Positions 24,301 to 36,700 of a DNA stretch of 64,000 bases are shown here, in pieces. Each line of letters opens with the position of its first letter. The first letter of the stretch is position 1. Below the pieces are notes generated by a model, which had not been told where the DNA came from, did not search any database, and saw only the letters and a program-made list of their open reading frames with translations. The stretch lies in contig NMRA01000605.1 in assembly GCA_002633005.1 (NCBI GenBank), positions 1 to 64,000 of the forward strand, given 5' to 3'. Source of the stretch: Phoronis australis. Taxonomy: Eukaryota > Animalia > Phoronida. A program made the position numbers and the translations under genes.

Positions 24301-26648
24301 TACTTTTTGTCCTGTTATGTTTTCTGTTTTCATCATAACTTCACCTTGTATATCCCATATATTGTTCAGTATTGTATTATATTGTTTGATGTTGCATGTG
24401 TTAAGTTTTCTGTTTCCATTTGTACTTGAGAAGACCCTTTTGAAAAGCACATTTCTCGCAGAAGAGGTCATCCACCTTGTAGTAAATTACTTATTAATCT
24501 GGTGAAATTAGTCAGCTTTTAAAAATTTTAATTTAAGTGTGTCTGTCTGGTGTAGGTACTGGAGTGTTCATGGGATGAGATGTTGAAGAAGGTGAGTGAG
24601 GCTGGTGATCTGGACCACGTCTTGGCTGCTCACCAGGTGTTCCTGGACGCCATCATCCTCAGGTCACTTCTGGATGATTCATCTAGGGTAAGTACTGGGG
24701 AGAGGAGGTGGGGGAGACAGTAGTGAGGGGGGTGATCTTGGATGCCATCACTGCTGGATGACTCATCCAAGGTCAGTGTTGGGGAGAGCTTGAGAGGAAG
24801 GAAATGGGATTTGGAGAGGGATCGGAGCAAGAGGTTAAGTACCAGTGTGGCATGGAGACTAATTGAGAGATATGGATCGTATTGTGGGTGTACATTTAAA
24901 CGTTTCTGAGGGTCGTGCTCAGGTCGCTAGTGGGTGGCAGAAACATATAGTTTTTGTTATTACCAATTATGAGTACGAGGTGCTGTTGACATTTCTCTGC
25001 ACGACTTTTACTGGGGAGTGCAGAACTTTATGGATTACATTAATTTCTGTAATGCATTGCTAGTTAAAGCCAATCAGTAGAAAAGTGACTTATCTCCCCT
25101 GCCATTTTAGCCTCTGCTGACCCAGCTGCGGACCATTTTTGACCTGATCATCCAGTTCCAGGCTATTCAGGATAACCTGTTCCAGGCAGGCGACAGTGAA
25201 ATGCGGGCACGCACAGTGTTTAAGGAGAGACAGAAAAAGAAAACTGAGGAGGTGAGGTGCAGGTCTTGTCTTTTGGTGACTTTAAGAAAATTGAGTTGGG
25301 GGATGTGGCGTTGTGGCCAAAGCCTTGTGTCATGAGAGCTTAAAAGTCCTGTGCATGACAAATTAAGTGAAACTTCAAACTGGCTGTGATACTCACCATT
25401 TAAGCAATCACTGAAGTTCATGCAGTCTATGATTGTGTAATTGGGAATGATAATTCACATTATTACAAAACCAAAACAATCCGGTTCCACCCTAAAACAA
25501 GACTAAAAGTATTGGTTTTCAGAAGTGACACTGTGTGGCACTTTAAGAAAACTGAAGAGATGAAGTTTAAATGTAGCGTGGTCTCCGCTTTCTGCTATGA
25601 GGGTTTTTAGGAAAAATGGTCAATGATCTACAATGGTGTACCGCCAGCCTTCTGTTATGAAGCTTTAAGAAAACTAGACTTTTAAAGGATTACAAGTGGT
25701 CCAAGGCCTCTGCTGCATCAGACACTGATAGGCCAAGAGTAGGCCCATCGCACTGAACATCTGATTATAACTCGTGAGATCCCTTCTATGTTTATATTCA
25801 GTCATTGGGTTCTTCTTCGGTGAGGTTTTATCATCCAAATGAGTATAAAGCAGAATTTTCATTATGAACATCACATTCGTGATTGCAGAATACATTAACA
25901 CTTACTGTAATAATGAGAGGTGCAGTGTAACAAGTGTTGTGTTTTCAGGGAGAGTGGGGGTTATCACAAGACGAGGAGAATGACGAGGAGCTGAGGAGGA
26001 AGGAGTTTGCTCGTAACACGGTCACCACTGGCAGGAACCAGCTGAGAGTACTCTCTCAGTCATATCAGGTGCAATACTTGTGTCCTTATTGTCACATTCT
26101 GGCATTGGACAGAAAACGATTGCATAAGATTTATTTAAATATTGCAAAAAAATTTCAGAGCAAAATTATTTTTGTTTGCCTCCTTTTTGTTGCTATAATT
26201 TCCAGTTTCATTAAACTGGGTCTCTTACTATTTCTATCAAAATTTCCTCTAATTGCTGCTGTATGTTTGAGAAAACTAAGTCCTAGTTTCACCTGTATTT
26301 GAAACTACTTTGAACTGTATTTGATGCTATTTTATTTTCTCTGACAAATGTGTGATTCAAATATGCAAGCAAATGTCATCGTATTCTCTTGCTTCTGAAA
26401 TTGCAGCCAAGTATGACCATTTGTTTGAATGTTCTCGAGTCAGTGTAAATGTGTGGCTGCAGTTGATTATCAGCTATTCTGTTTTTCAGGATATGGCTCA
26501 GCGATTTTTAGTCATGCTCACTGGCCAACAAGATGTGAGTCTACGCTTCCTAAGTTTCCGAATTGACTTCAACGAACATTACAAGGCACGAGAACCCAAG
26601 CTTCGCAGTCCTATGGCCTATCAGCGTAAAAGGACTGCTAAAACATAA
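6391..26648 (+). CDS. TUBGCP3: Gamma-tubulin complex component 3 (GCP3), complete, 24 coding exons, 910 aa
   Basis: Phase-consistent GT-AG exons: 6391-6466, 8329-8374, 9027-9088, 12330-12397, 12678-12755, 13371-13585, 13953-14059, 14916-14996, 15140-15258, 15578-15772, 16546-16675, 17141-17307, 17756-17866, 18464-18566, 19026-19153, 20150-20214, 22069-22204, 22904-22972, 23447-23582, 24103-24191, 24556-24687, 25111-25251, 25949-26068, 26490-26648 (sum 2733 nt). Peptides match GCP3: [135 protein letters not shown]. Confidence 0.96.
6565..8080. repeat. About 690-bp dispersed repeat, copy B, in TUBGCP3 intron 1, interrupted by the long-TIR MITE
   Basis: High identity to 4962-5648; the ORF-track peptides at 4981/7404 and 5399/7805 are paralogous. 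Confidence 0.85.
6584..7394. mobile_element. Long-TIR MITE copy 2 with 9-bp TSD (AcademH- or Mutator-like, non-autonomous)
   Basis: TAGGCAATGACCATCGCC...GGCGATGGTCATTGCCTA flanked by GCTAGCTGT at 6575-6583 and 7395-7403. The centre is an N gap. Confidence 0.9.
9448..9635. repeat. Minisatellite, about 45-bp unit, about 4 copies
   Basis: Repeats of TAGCCTGAGGCACCCTGCCTGTCCAGTATNATGAGATCACTTTTAG. Confidence 0.9.
9697..11741. mobile_element. Deleted TIR DNA transposon with a THAP remnant (ISL2EU/PIF-Harbinger-group-like)
   Basis: TIR TGACCTATCGC(C/A)AG at both ends with flanking AT dinucleotides. Plus-strand [15 protein letters not shown]...[16 protein letters not shown] (THAP-like, broken) at about 9862-9996. 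A convergent ORF remnant (…NSESYVHDM) lies on - near 11445-11680. Confidence 0.65.
12805..12962. repeat. Tandem 40-bp unit x4 inside a dispersed repeat
   Basis: ACCTGCAGGTCACCAATGCGACCTCACATTGTGTTTGGCG repeats. The flanks resemble 440-600 and about 36380-36460. Confidence 0.85.
20367..21923. mobile_element. Internally deleted Kolobok-like DNA transposon
   Basis: TTAA|AAGGAGAATGCCACCC ... GGGTGGCATGCTCCT|TTAA. THAP-like remnant CCGAS..SFFPLP...RKWL...HLRV on + (20514-20744) and a convergent [11 protein letters not shown] remnant on - (KolX-like N-terminus). Confidence 0.7.
22950..23140 (+). repeat. About 55-bp tandem x4 copying the 3' end of TUBGCP3 exon 18 and its donor site
   Basis: TGTGGATGGACCTATCAGAACAGTAAGTAGGC repeated; GT is intact in copies 1 and 3 and reads TT in copies 2 and 4. 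Confidence 0.9.
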
Positions 26649-27775
26649 TGTGTTGTCTGCGACTTATCCACAACTGTTCACGTTTTGAATGAGTAACATA
26701 GTAGACAGAAAATTAGAATCTTCTAGGGAAAAGTCAATTTTTCGCGTGTGTGTATGCAAGCTACCTTGCGCAACTCCTCAGCCTCAACCCCATGCAAAAA
26801 AAAGAGAAGACTTACCTGGTTGAAGACGTACCCACATGACTTAGCGTGTCAACTGTTAAATGGTTTACATTAGCTTAAGTATGTATATCTGGCTCTACCA
26901 AGTCCCACGTCATCAAGCTTTATTAAAGACTTAGCATGTGTTTTTATTTATTTAGGAAATTTTACTGTATAGGTTGTCTTAGTAATGATTCTTTCAGTCA
27001 GTTTTCAAAACATGTGTATATAGCATTAGCCCTTGGTGTTTATAGCGAAAGGAACAAATAGTTCATTCACTGTGCTCACTTTTGTACCTATGGTGTTATA
27101 ATGGTGGCACCAGAAGTAGAATAAAATGCCCGTTGGTGGCAGGTTACACAACAGGATGCTGTACACTAAACCATATTCTAAAACCTCAAAGTGAGTTATA
27201 CATTGATTTCCATTGCAATCTTGGCTTGCATCGACAGCAGTATACAGGTTTTGAATGGGTGCAAGCATACACAGTGAACGCTGTCAGTAATTCCTAGCAG
27301 TTGAGTTAAAATGACAATTTATGTGAAAACAGCATTAAGTGATAGGATGGTGTCTGCTTTTATGCATATAGTTACGTGAAAATGACTAGTGAAATACTTT
27401 TCTTGTAAGCAAATGAGTGACAAGTTTAGCATTGACGAGTTCGGCAATGTTACTTGTATCACCACTTGGTGGTGCTAATGCTGCACATTATGTCCAGTTA
27501 CCCCATCTTCACCATCTTGTGAGGCCAACAACTGTGACTGGAGTCCAACACTAACGAGTGCACAAATAGGAATTTGTTTTGTAAACTTCCGTACCGGATT
27601 CAAAATGATTGTTGAACTGCCAAACCAGTTTGAACATAACATAGTATTTAAGTAGTGGTGGTACTTGCCTTTCGTTTTATGTTTGTGTGCTAGTTGCTTC
27701 AAGTATTATCAAATGAGAAAAATATTTTTGCTGCATTGTCATTGAACAACAAGAAACAACCACATAGTTTTAAAA

Positions 27776-27823
27776 ATAAATACATTTTTTCTATTTAATC
27801 TCAACTAATGTTCAATGAATAAA
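27776..27823 (+). terminator. Candidate polyadenylation signals of TUBGCP3
   Basis: Two AATAAA hexamers (about 27775 and 27818) about 1.1 kb after the stop codon. An earlier AATAAA near 27120 is also possible. Confidence 0.35.
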
Positions 27824-28667
27824 ATATTAAATTGGCAAGCTCCATGTACCTGTGATTACTCTAGTATGTATGTGAAGATGAACTGCTAACACATCAATAG
27901 GCAGCAGTACACTAGACTGCACAAACAACTCAATGACCACGAACTTCTGTGCATCAAGTCTAATAATACAATCAGATTGAAATGACAATTTTCAAGGTAT
28001 GAAACGATAAATATTTAGCAAGGATGTGCACCCCATGAAATCTGTCTTCGTAACTATACAAAATTTACATTGAAGTGAAACTGACACTGGCTTGGTTGAC
28101 AAGTTTACGTTGTTCCTGACAAAGTAAACGTTTCGTTCTATGAAACTCTAAATATTCTTGAAAAAATCCAACAGGATAATTATGGTGATTAAGTTTCAAT
28201 TCAATAAAAACTACTGCTGATGAAACCTGTGGTATAGGTAAATGCATTGACTACTGTATGCTTTATCAATAAGTATACGTCCAGGTACAGGCAGGCAGTT
28301 CCACAGAACTCGGTGTCTTGGCAGGCCAAAAATGAAACTATCACAAAGTATGACAATAACCTATAAATATACACAACATTCATTGCATAATGAACTATGT
28401 AACCTACACAGTATAAATAGTGCTTAACCTTTTCTCTCTGTGAGGTCAGTGAAGCAAAGAGACCCCTGAAGCCACTTGTGGCGAAAAATTTGACATACAG
28501 TATTACACAAATGAGTTATTTCGTATTTGGACATTTCAACCATGCCATCCAATTACTTTTGACCAATGGCAGCCATTTTGCAAGTCAACCTACCCCCAGC
28601 AAGGCCTTGAGTTTACTTTCATAAAACGCCTTTCACTTGAGCATTTTGTATGACTTCACATGAAACT

Positions 28668-28818
28668 CGCAATGGAACACACGCAGTGGGCATCGACTGG
28701 CCCCATACACATGACGAGCAATGGAACACATGCAGTGGGCATCGACTGGCCCCATACACATGACGAGCAATGGAACACACGCAGTGGGCATCGACTGGCC
28801 CCATACATATGACTAGCA
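28668..28818. repeat. Minisatellite, 49-bp unit x3
   Basis: GCAATGGAACACACGCAGTGGGCATCGACTGGCCCCATACACATGACGA repeats, lying between the convergent 3' ends of TUBGCP3 and FAM122. Confidence 0.9.
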
Positions 28819-30746
28819 ATACCAGCTCCTAGTGCCACAACTTGTGAACACAAACAGAATGACTGCAAATAGCATCTCAGTGCAGATAGTAATTTCTCAT
28901 TGAAGTTAAACTCGCCTTCGGTCAAAAAACAAGGACTAGCCTTAGACTTGTTACCACTGTGAAATGTGCAGTCTAATTATTCTTTGCTCAGACTAGAAGT
29001 GATTCATATTGGGACGAAAGCAATTTGTTATTGTTTGAGACTAGGCTCAACACATGGACTTAACCCGATGTCATTTTGTAGCCTCTGGCAATTACAAACT
29101 GTAAGATCCTTGCAAGACTATAAATCCATTGTAATCTGAGTAAGGAACAACTTGAAACTAGTTGTATAGCAGCAAGCAGTCCAAATCAAAAGCTGCTTTT
29201 GACAGAAGGCAGATTCACAGCAACTTCAACCTGTACACACCAGGTGATGCTGGGACTTGTTCAGATGGACTATCAAGTGCCAACACAATTTATGAATCCT
29301 GCCACAAGCTCAAGTTAAATAAATAATATGTTATAGTCAACAACAATTCTCAACAAAGTACAAAAGTATCCAGGGTATAATATCATACAGCACCATCTTC
29401 AAATAACACTTTCACAAAATTCCAAGTCAAGGTCTCGCCTCGCACAACGCCCAACATTGAATTAGTGCATACAATTTGAGACAGGGAATCACAATATGTC
29501 AACAGACCAGTCACAATAACTAACATTACACGTTCCTGTGAGCCCCGTCACACCAAGGTAGTCCCAGTAGGATCCCGACAAAGGGGGGAAAAATAAAGTG
29601 GACCGTCTAAGTGCTGTGCAATCTGAGAAAGCTCCCCATCGTTTCGGCCAAAGCTGTCCACTCCTGCCAGTCCCCTGCCAGATACATCAAGGTTGGCAGA
29701 GGACGTCTTGGGAAGACGTTGGTGTAACTGGGCCTTCACCAACGAATATCTGACAAAAATGACTAATATTTCCTGTGGCCTCAGTGATATGAGTAATAAC
29801 CAGTATGAATGGCTAGACAAATCAGAATGACCACCATCAATAGACATCAACATTGATGAATGTCTCAAGCAACGATTTACACTCAGTAGACAGAATTCTA
29901 GCCAAACTCATCTACAGCAAAGTATCATTACATCTTTGAATATCCGTCCCATTTGCATGATGCAGTAAATGCGTAATATCTGTATTCACTTCAAATTCAG
30001 TTACACTTAACTCCCAACTAACTCCGATTAAGTGTTTCACTATTCAGGTGCAATTTTTAAAAAACCTTACACTGCTCTTCAGATAGAACTCCTAGACTGA
30101 AAGTTGGTGAGCTAGGTTTAGGTTTTAATTTTGAACCAAAAAGTCGAAATGAAAAAACGTTGACTACTTAAAATAATGTCTAACTGTGGTGGTTCACAAA
30201 CACATTATTGAGATTTGACGTCACAAGTGGCCATTCACTGTTGATTCAATATCACTGAAGATTTGATTTACTTGGGCCAATAATTTGTAAGTGTTAACTG
30301 GATAATTAGCATTTTTCAAGACAGTGTCCCAGGTAACCTGGATCAACTAACAGATCGATCCAAATTAAAAATTTGATGAGTAAATCTACACATTACACTC
30401 TTAACTACATCCTTTAGTGTTTTCATGGGCCAATACATTCCTGGTCAAAACAACTCCTTCAGACAAATAAAACACTTAGAAAGAAGAACATTAAGTCAAT
30501 ACTAAATTTACATTTCAAATGTGTGACATCACCTATAGTGTAACATAACAGCTTGCTATGCCTCTGCGGCACCAATATACCCAGTTGATCAGTGGAAACA
30601 CAAGTCTAATATAAATTTAACCATCTCATCTCTGTACTCATCAACAGCTAGATGCTTCAACAGTGACATCACTTGGTACTTCAAACAGTTATAAATAGAA
30701 GCGATGAAATAAATAATGTAAAATGCATGGCTGGTTTAACCAGTTT

Positions 30747-33700
30747 CTATGACAACACATTGCTAGGAGTCAGCGTGAATGTATGTAGAGATGCTGTCGA
30801 CGTTGTCAACTGTGTAGATATCGTGGTCTCCGATCCACTGATCCCAGGGTGGTGAAGCCTGGGGCTCTCTGTATGCTGTACCTCACTGCCTTCGCTGGTG
30901 TCTGTCATCTCCGTGGTGTCTGATGCTTCAGAGTCCGTCTGGCTGGTGTGACTGTACACTTGTACAGGTGTGAAGGTGTATGCCATGCCAGCGGTACTAA
31001 CCGCAGGACAGACCGTGCCCCTGCCAGATCCCATCTGGTCTAGGCAGCCATTGAAATTGTTAGATGACACACTGTAACCACAAATATATAGATGCCAAAC
31101 ATCAGATAAATGAAAATCAATATAAACTATTAAAAGGCACAAAACATAAACTTTCTGATCTTCTATTTACAAGTCCAATACAATGTTTATCGTACATCAA
31201 CAACGATACTTGCGAAGGACAATGCGGTGCTTTCAACTTCATATCACCTTGTCTTTACCACAATTACCAAAAAAATCACAATTCTGTTGTTATTTACAAC
31301 TTATCTAAATACTCTGGCCCAGGTGGTGACACGTTCATGTGCCCAAAGTATCATACATGGTCTTTCAGGCTGCGTATGACTTTTATACCATATACATACT
31401 TAGTCTTTCAGTCTTGAGTGATCTTTTATAATACTAAATACAGAGTGATATGGTAGGCCAACACACCAGCAATGCATGAACAAAGTTGTGTATTATTCAT
31501 TATGCAATTGACTACCTTTGAGTGAGAGGGTGAGCCATAGATCGGTCTTGTGTGGGAGTTGAGTGCATCAACCTCTTGGGGGGGCTGAAGTAAGACTCAC
31601 AATCTGGGTCCACTGAAATGAACAGAATCATGACCACAGATTGTCCATCAATGTTTTTTCAAATAAGGTTGATTATGGAAAGTATAAGTAGCTCAGAAAG
31701 CACAGAGAAGTATTCTATGTGGAGATCCACCAATGTTTAGTGGATACACAGTTCAAGAACGTTCACTTTTGTTTCTGGGGTGACATCTCTGATGAGAAAG
31801 ATTTAAAAATACTTCGTCAAAAATTCTTTAAGTTGCATCGTGACCAGTCAAAGAATGCCACATTTCAGAGTGATGCCAAAAATACCTCCCCGTACATTCT
31901 TTACCTTAACTCATTTTCAAAAGTCAAAGAATGCCAATTTTTCCAAAGAACTTAGAGAACTCAGAGACTAACTACTTAAACAAATCACATGGCCAATTCA
32001 CAATAATACTGAAAGCATAATAGACATTGACATAAGCAAGGAAGCACTATATTATAAGCACCCTTTTCTGGGTTCGATGAACCAGTCCCAAACAGGGACT
32101 CGATTAAGCTCCCTAAATCTTTTGCCTATCTGTGTCTTTGTTTACTCACAGATGGAATCTTTTTCTATCATTTCATTTTTGCTATGAGCTCCTCATTGAG
32201 TTATGACATTTTCTAGTAATATCACAAGAACCTGAGCCCTGAATTCAATGAAAATAAATAGAGACTTGGTTCTTAAGATAGGGGCGTTGCATGAAAAGAT
32301 CCTTATACAGTTTCGATAATATTGCGAATTCAATGTCGAGTTCACTCTAGATTTGTATCAAAGCCAAAAGCATACTAAGTAATCAAACTAAATCAGCAGA
32401 AGAAAGGACAACATCTGGTTTCACAAGTAATTGTCCCTTTGTCAAAGTTTACAGTGCGCAAACCCTGACTTTTGTTGTTTGCCAACACATTGGCCATTTC
32501 TTTTATTCACTTTTTCAATGAAATATTCTGTCTACTCAAAGGTCCATGAATTTTTGGCTGCAGAATTGCATTATTTGTCACCGCGATTTAATACCATGTG
32601 CAGACGCCATTGATGAACCACACTATCCTAGGTGCCCCGGCAATTACAACTGTCCTTCCTCCGAAACATAAAGAGCAGTTTCCGCTTTTTGAGCCGTCAG
32701 AAATGCCACAGTTAGAAACCAATTTGCTGCGGAAATTTTATGGCAAATCCAATTTTTTTCCGTGGAAATATAACAAAAACGCACGGAGGGGATAAGAGAA
32801 AAAAAGCTGAAATCCGCGTTTCCGCAGAAAATTCCAAGCCTTGTTAACACAGTCAGTTGCCAAGGACATCAGACCAAGATACTTACATTTCCTCTTGCCA
32901 GAGAGATGACCAAAACTACTAGGCTTTAGTGAAACTATTGGACTTAGACTCCTGCGTGGAAACGTCTTGCGGGTTGGACTTGGGCTAGGACTAGGACTGA
33001 ACGCACTTATCACAGGCTGCTGCAGTGATGGTGAAAAACATTGCTGCAAAAACAAGTTCTTCTGGTACAAAGACAAATACCACAACGTCAATTCGGTGTA
33101 ATGCTAGTAAGAGGTTGAAAAGAAAGAAAATTCGGTTCAATTCATACGCACACATCAAACAATGCCACAAGTTCTATTTCTACAGGTCCTTGAGTCAGAC
33201 AAGACGGCACGTGACTTAACAGAATAGGGCCATCCTGCATTACACGGCTACACTCCAATCTCGCTGTATTTACCCACAATGCCATAAACATCTGTCAGGC
33301 ACATTTGCTGCTTCGGTTTCTGGAGTTTCACATGTTATTTGCTGTTGTCTCATTGTTTACAAGTCTTTTCTTGCTTGTATTACTGTATTCGTACTTCCAA
33401 TGCCAACGAAGTATTAACGCAGTGCTGTGGGCTGCAACTCTGATGTGACAAAGTTTGATAAACTGGGCAAATATCCATAAATGTGTGATGCGAAATTATT
33501 CGCCTAACATCATCAATAAGAGACACGAAAATGTGCCTGATTTCCAAAACGAGTTCACCCGCTTTCTTATTTCCGCGACAAAGGAGAGTTCTATCGCCGT
33601 GTAATCCATGACGGCCCTATTTTGCGCAACATATTTATTTATGTTGTTACTGCCACCAGACCTGATATACGAATGTTGGAGTGAGTTAGATTAAAACAGC

Positions 33701-36700
33701 AGTGGTTCAGGGTCCCGTACCAAGAAACTGACTTTAAGTTCATCTTTACTTAAGTCTAAGATTTGTCTCAACCTCCAAACTTTCCAAACTTCCACACCTG
33801 GTAAGTTAGGTAAAAAACTCAAGTAAAACGTAAGATCACTTTCTTGTAATGAACTTAAGATACATTTAAGTTTTATCTTAAAATCGATGAAAATTTAAGA
33901 ATCGTCTTAGTTAAATTAGTTTTCTTGGTATGGGCCACTGGTTTGTGCACGACTCATTTTGAACCTTGAACGCCACTCATTTACTTTAAGTAAAAAGAAG
34001 AATCCCAACCCATTTCAACTGACATCAGATGACTTTTTCATTTTGAAAATGAGGACAACTAAAGAACACCTCATCACTAAATTAGTTTTCAAAAAAAACA
34101 GACCAGATTTCACCCATCCGAAAAAGCAAAATCAAAAGCAGGCGAGCATACCCTCCAGAAACGGTTTTAAAAGTGTCCTTACAATGATAGGGTTTGATCT
34201 CTATAGCTACTAAGATCATCACAACGTTTATGACTAAAAAAATTACAGGGCTACCCAGCTCTTCCCAACGTTGGAAAATTCAATTTAATCATAGGTCATC
34301 ACTTAATTACAGGGAAGAGTTGACACTGATACTGTCACTGAAGAGGTATTATTTTAAGCACACTGCGCTTGGTTTACTTGATCTATTTCGCATTCAAGCA
34401 ACGACGGGGAAAGTAAGTGCGGCTTTGATTCAAGCTGCATGCGTACCTTACTGCCTAGCCTGTTTGGTGATGGAGAGCTGGTGACAGGGAAGCCTCCAGT
34501 GAATATGTGTAAAGGGTTCAATGTCTCACTGAATGAGCGTGGCCTCTTGTGTGTAGGGGCATCAGTGTGCATGGCATCATCCTACAACAGTAACAGAAGG
34601 TTTGTTTCACAGCTATGTCTTGCTACACAAGTCACAGTAACTTGCTTTTTCACCTTATGTAGGACCATATATAGGACCTTATGTAGGACCTTATGCAGAA
34701 CCTTATATAGGATCTTATGTAGGACCTTATGCAGGACCTTATATAGGATCTTATGTAGGACCTTATGTATGACCTTATATAGGATCTTATGTAGGACCTT
34801 ATGTAGGACCTTATATAGGATCTTACGTAGGATCTTATGTAGGACCTTATGTAGGACCTTATCTAGGACCTTATCCACAAGCCTATATATTTAGCCAAAT
34901 GTACACAAAACTACAGATTTTAACTGCACAGTAAAGTACATATTTTCTGAAAGTAGAAAGTCTACAGAATTCAATTTTTGACTAATACCACTCTGCTATT
35001 GATCACAAGACAGTGTCTTTTTAGTAAAATTAAAATGCAAAGAGATGCACGTTCATGACAAAAAAAAAGATTTCAAAAACATGACCAAACTATGTTTGAT
35101 AGAAATATTCAAGATGAAGTCTCAAAAAACAGTTACAGTCTTTTGAATCATCATTTCGTTTTCATTTTATGTAACATTCACATTTTTCCTGTTTTTGACA
35201 GTCAACACATTGTAAACATTTAAAATCCTACCAGAGACAGTTCCTCCCATGACTGTGACATTTGCATGGCTGACTGCACTTCTCTGGAATAGTTTCAAGT
35301 AAAAGAATACTAAACAAGTTGGTCGTAGTAACACAACATTTTCACAAGGTGAAGGTCATGAGTATCAGCAAGCAATGTATAGAAAAAAAACAGTAACACA
35401 AATTTAATACAATTAATATGAAACAGATCATAAAGTGTAGATCTTATTCATGTTACAGAAGAATAAATATCGTTCGTTAGAATATTTATTGTCATTTAAC
35501 CCCGTCAATAAAGAGACGATGCTTAGTAACAAGCATTTACTGTAAATTTACCTATAACCAATTTCGCCAAAAACAACTAACTTCAAATATTGAGAAAGTG
35601 TGAATGCCCAGAATTTCTGAAGACATTGACCGATGATAGCTATGTTACAAAATGTACAAGTGATAACACCAATTATTTGGTACTTCTTTTAAGAACAAAA
35701 TGAAAAAATTAAATTTCATTTGTCCACCAGGTGTCGCAAGCACAGTGAACCAGTGAGGGACCTACTGTATATGCATCCCTTAAGTAACAAACTCCCCTCA
35801 CCTTTCATGGGCAGCCTCTCTGTTACCTACATGCATACTTTCCTCGTGTTTAATCTGATGGAGGCGTGATGGTGTTCGTATAGGAGCCTACAGATATAAA
35901 GCTGCTGTTGAACAATAAGCACCATGGTCTAAACCACACAGTCGAACCTTGTTACATTCAAGGAACCTTCCAAATCTCTATGTTAATACAACAGATCATT
36001 GTAACAAAGGTAGAATTTGGTGAAATCACAACATGAACATTTCAACATTATATCACTGTCAAGAACCCAAACACCACACATTGTAAGGTTTCACTGTACC
36101 AACAATGCGCGTGATTAAAAGGGCCACACATCTGAATCTCCCTCCATCATGAGAAGAAAAACATGAATATTTTCTTATTTGAATATTTTCTTATTTTACA
36201 ATTTTAACAAAATCTTCTCAAGATCAAAATACACTTCCATCGAGAAGATTCAGGGATTTAATCTTAAAGCACAGATCAAACAACCACAATGTTCACAAGC
36301 TAAACAAAAAGTTTCACCACTATTCATATTTTGAACTCATTGCTGAATCAAAACGAGGCAAACTTGACAACCTACACCTCCCCCAATGTGACTTCTGATT
36401 TTGTTTGGCAACCTGGTAAAAACCTCGAGTCCCCATGAAGTTGCCAGATTCTTGGTAGTTGCAATCGCAACAGAATTCAGACAAATAAGAATCCACCAGT
36501 AATTTAGTAAATATATAGACACTGAGGTTGGCCCGTAATGAAACATATCAAATAAACACAGAAAAATCAGGAACCCCAACTGGGAATCCAACCAAAGGTC
36601 TCTAGATTGCCGGTCTAGAGCACTAGACTGCCAATCTAGAGACCTGTGGTTCGATTACCAGTAATTTACTTGGAGATAATGTGAAAATATTAAAGTAACT

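Noticed and set aside
34439-34894. ORFs with RTLC/HKVL repeats that look like repeat proteins
   Set aside because: They are translations of an intronic 12-bp tandem repeat overlapping the antisense of a FAM122 exon.
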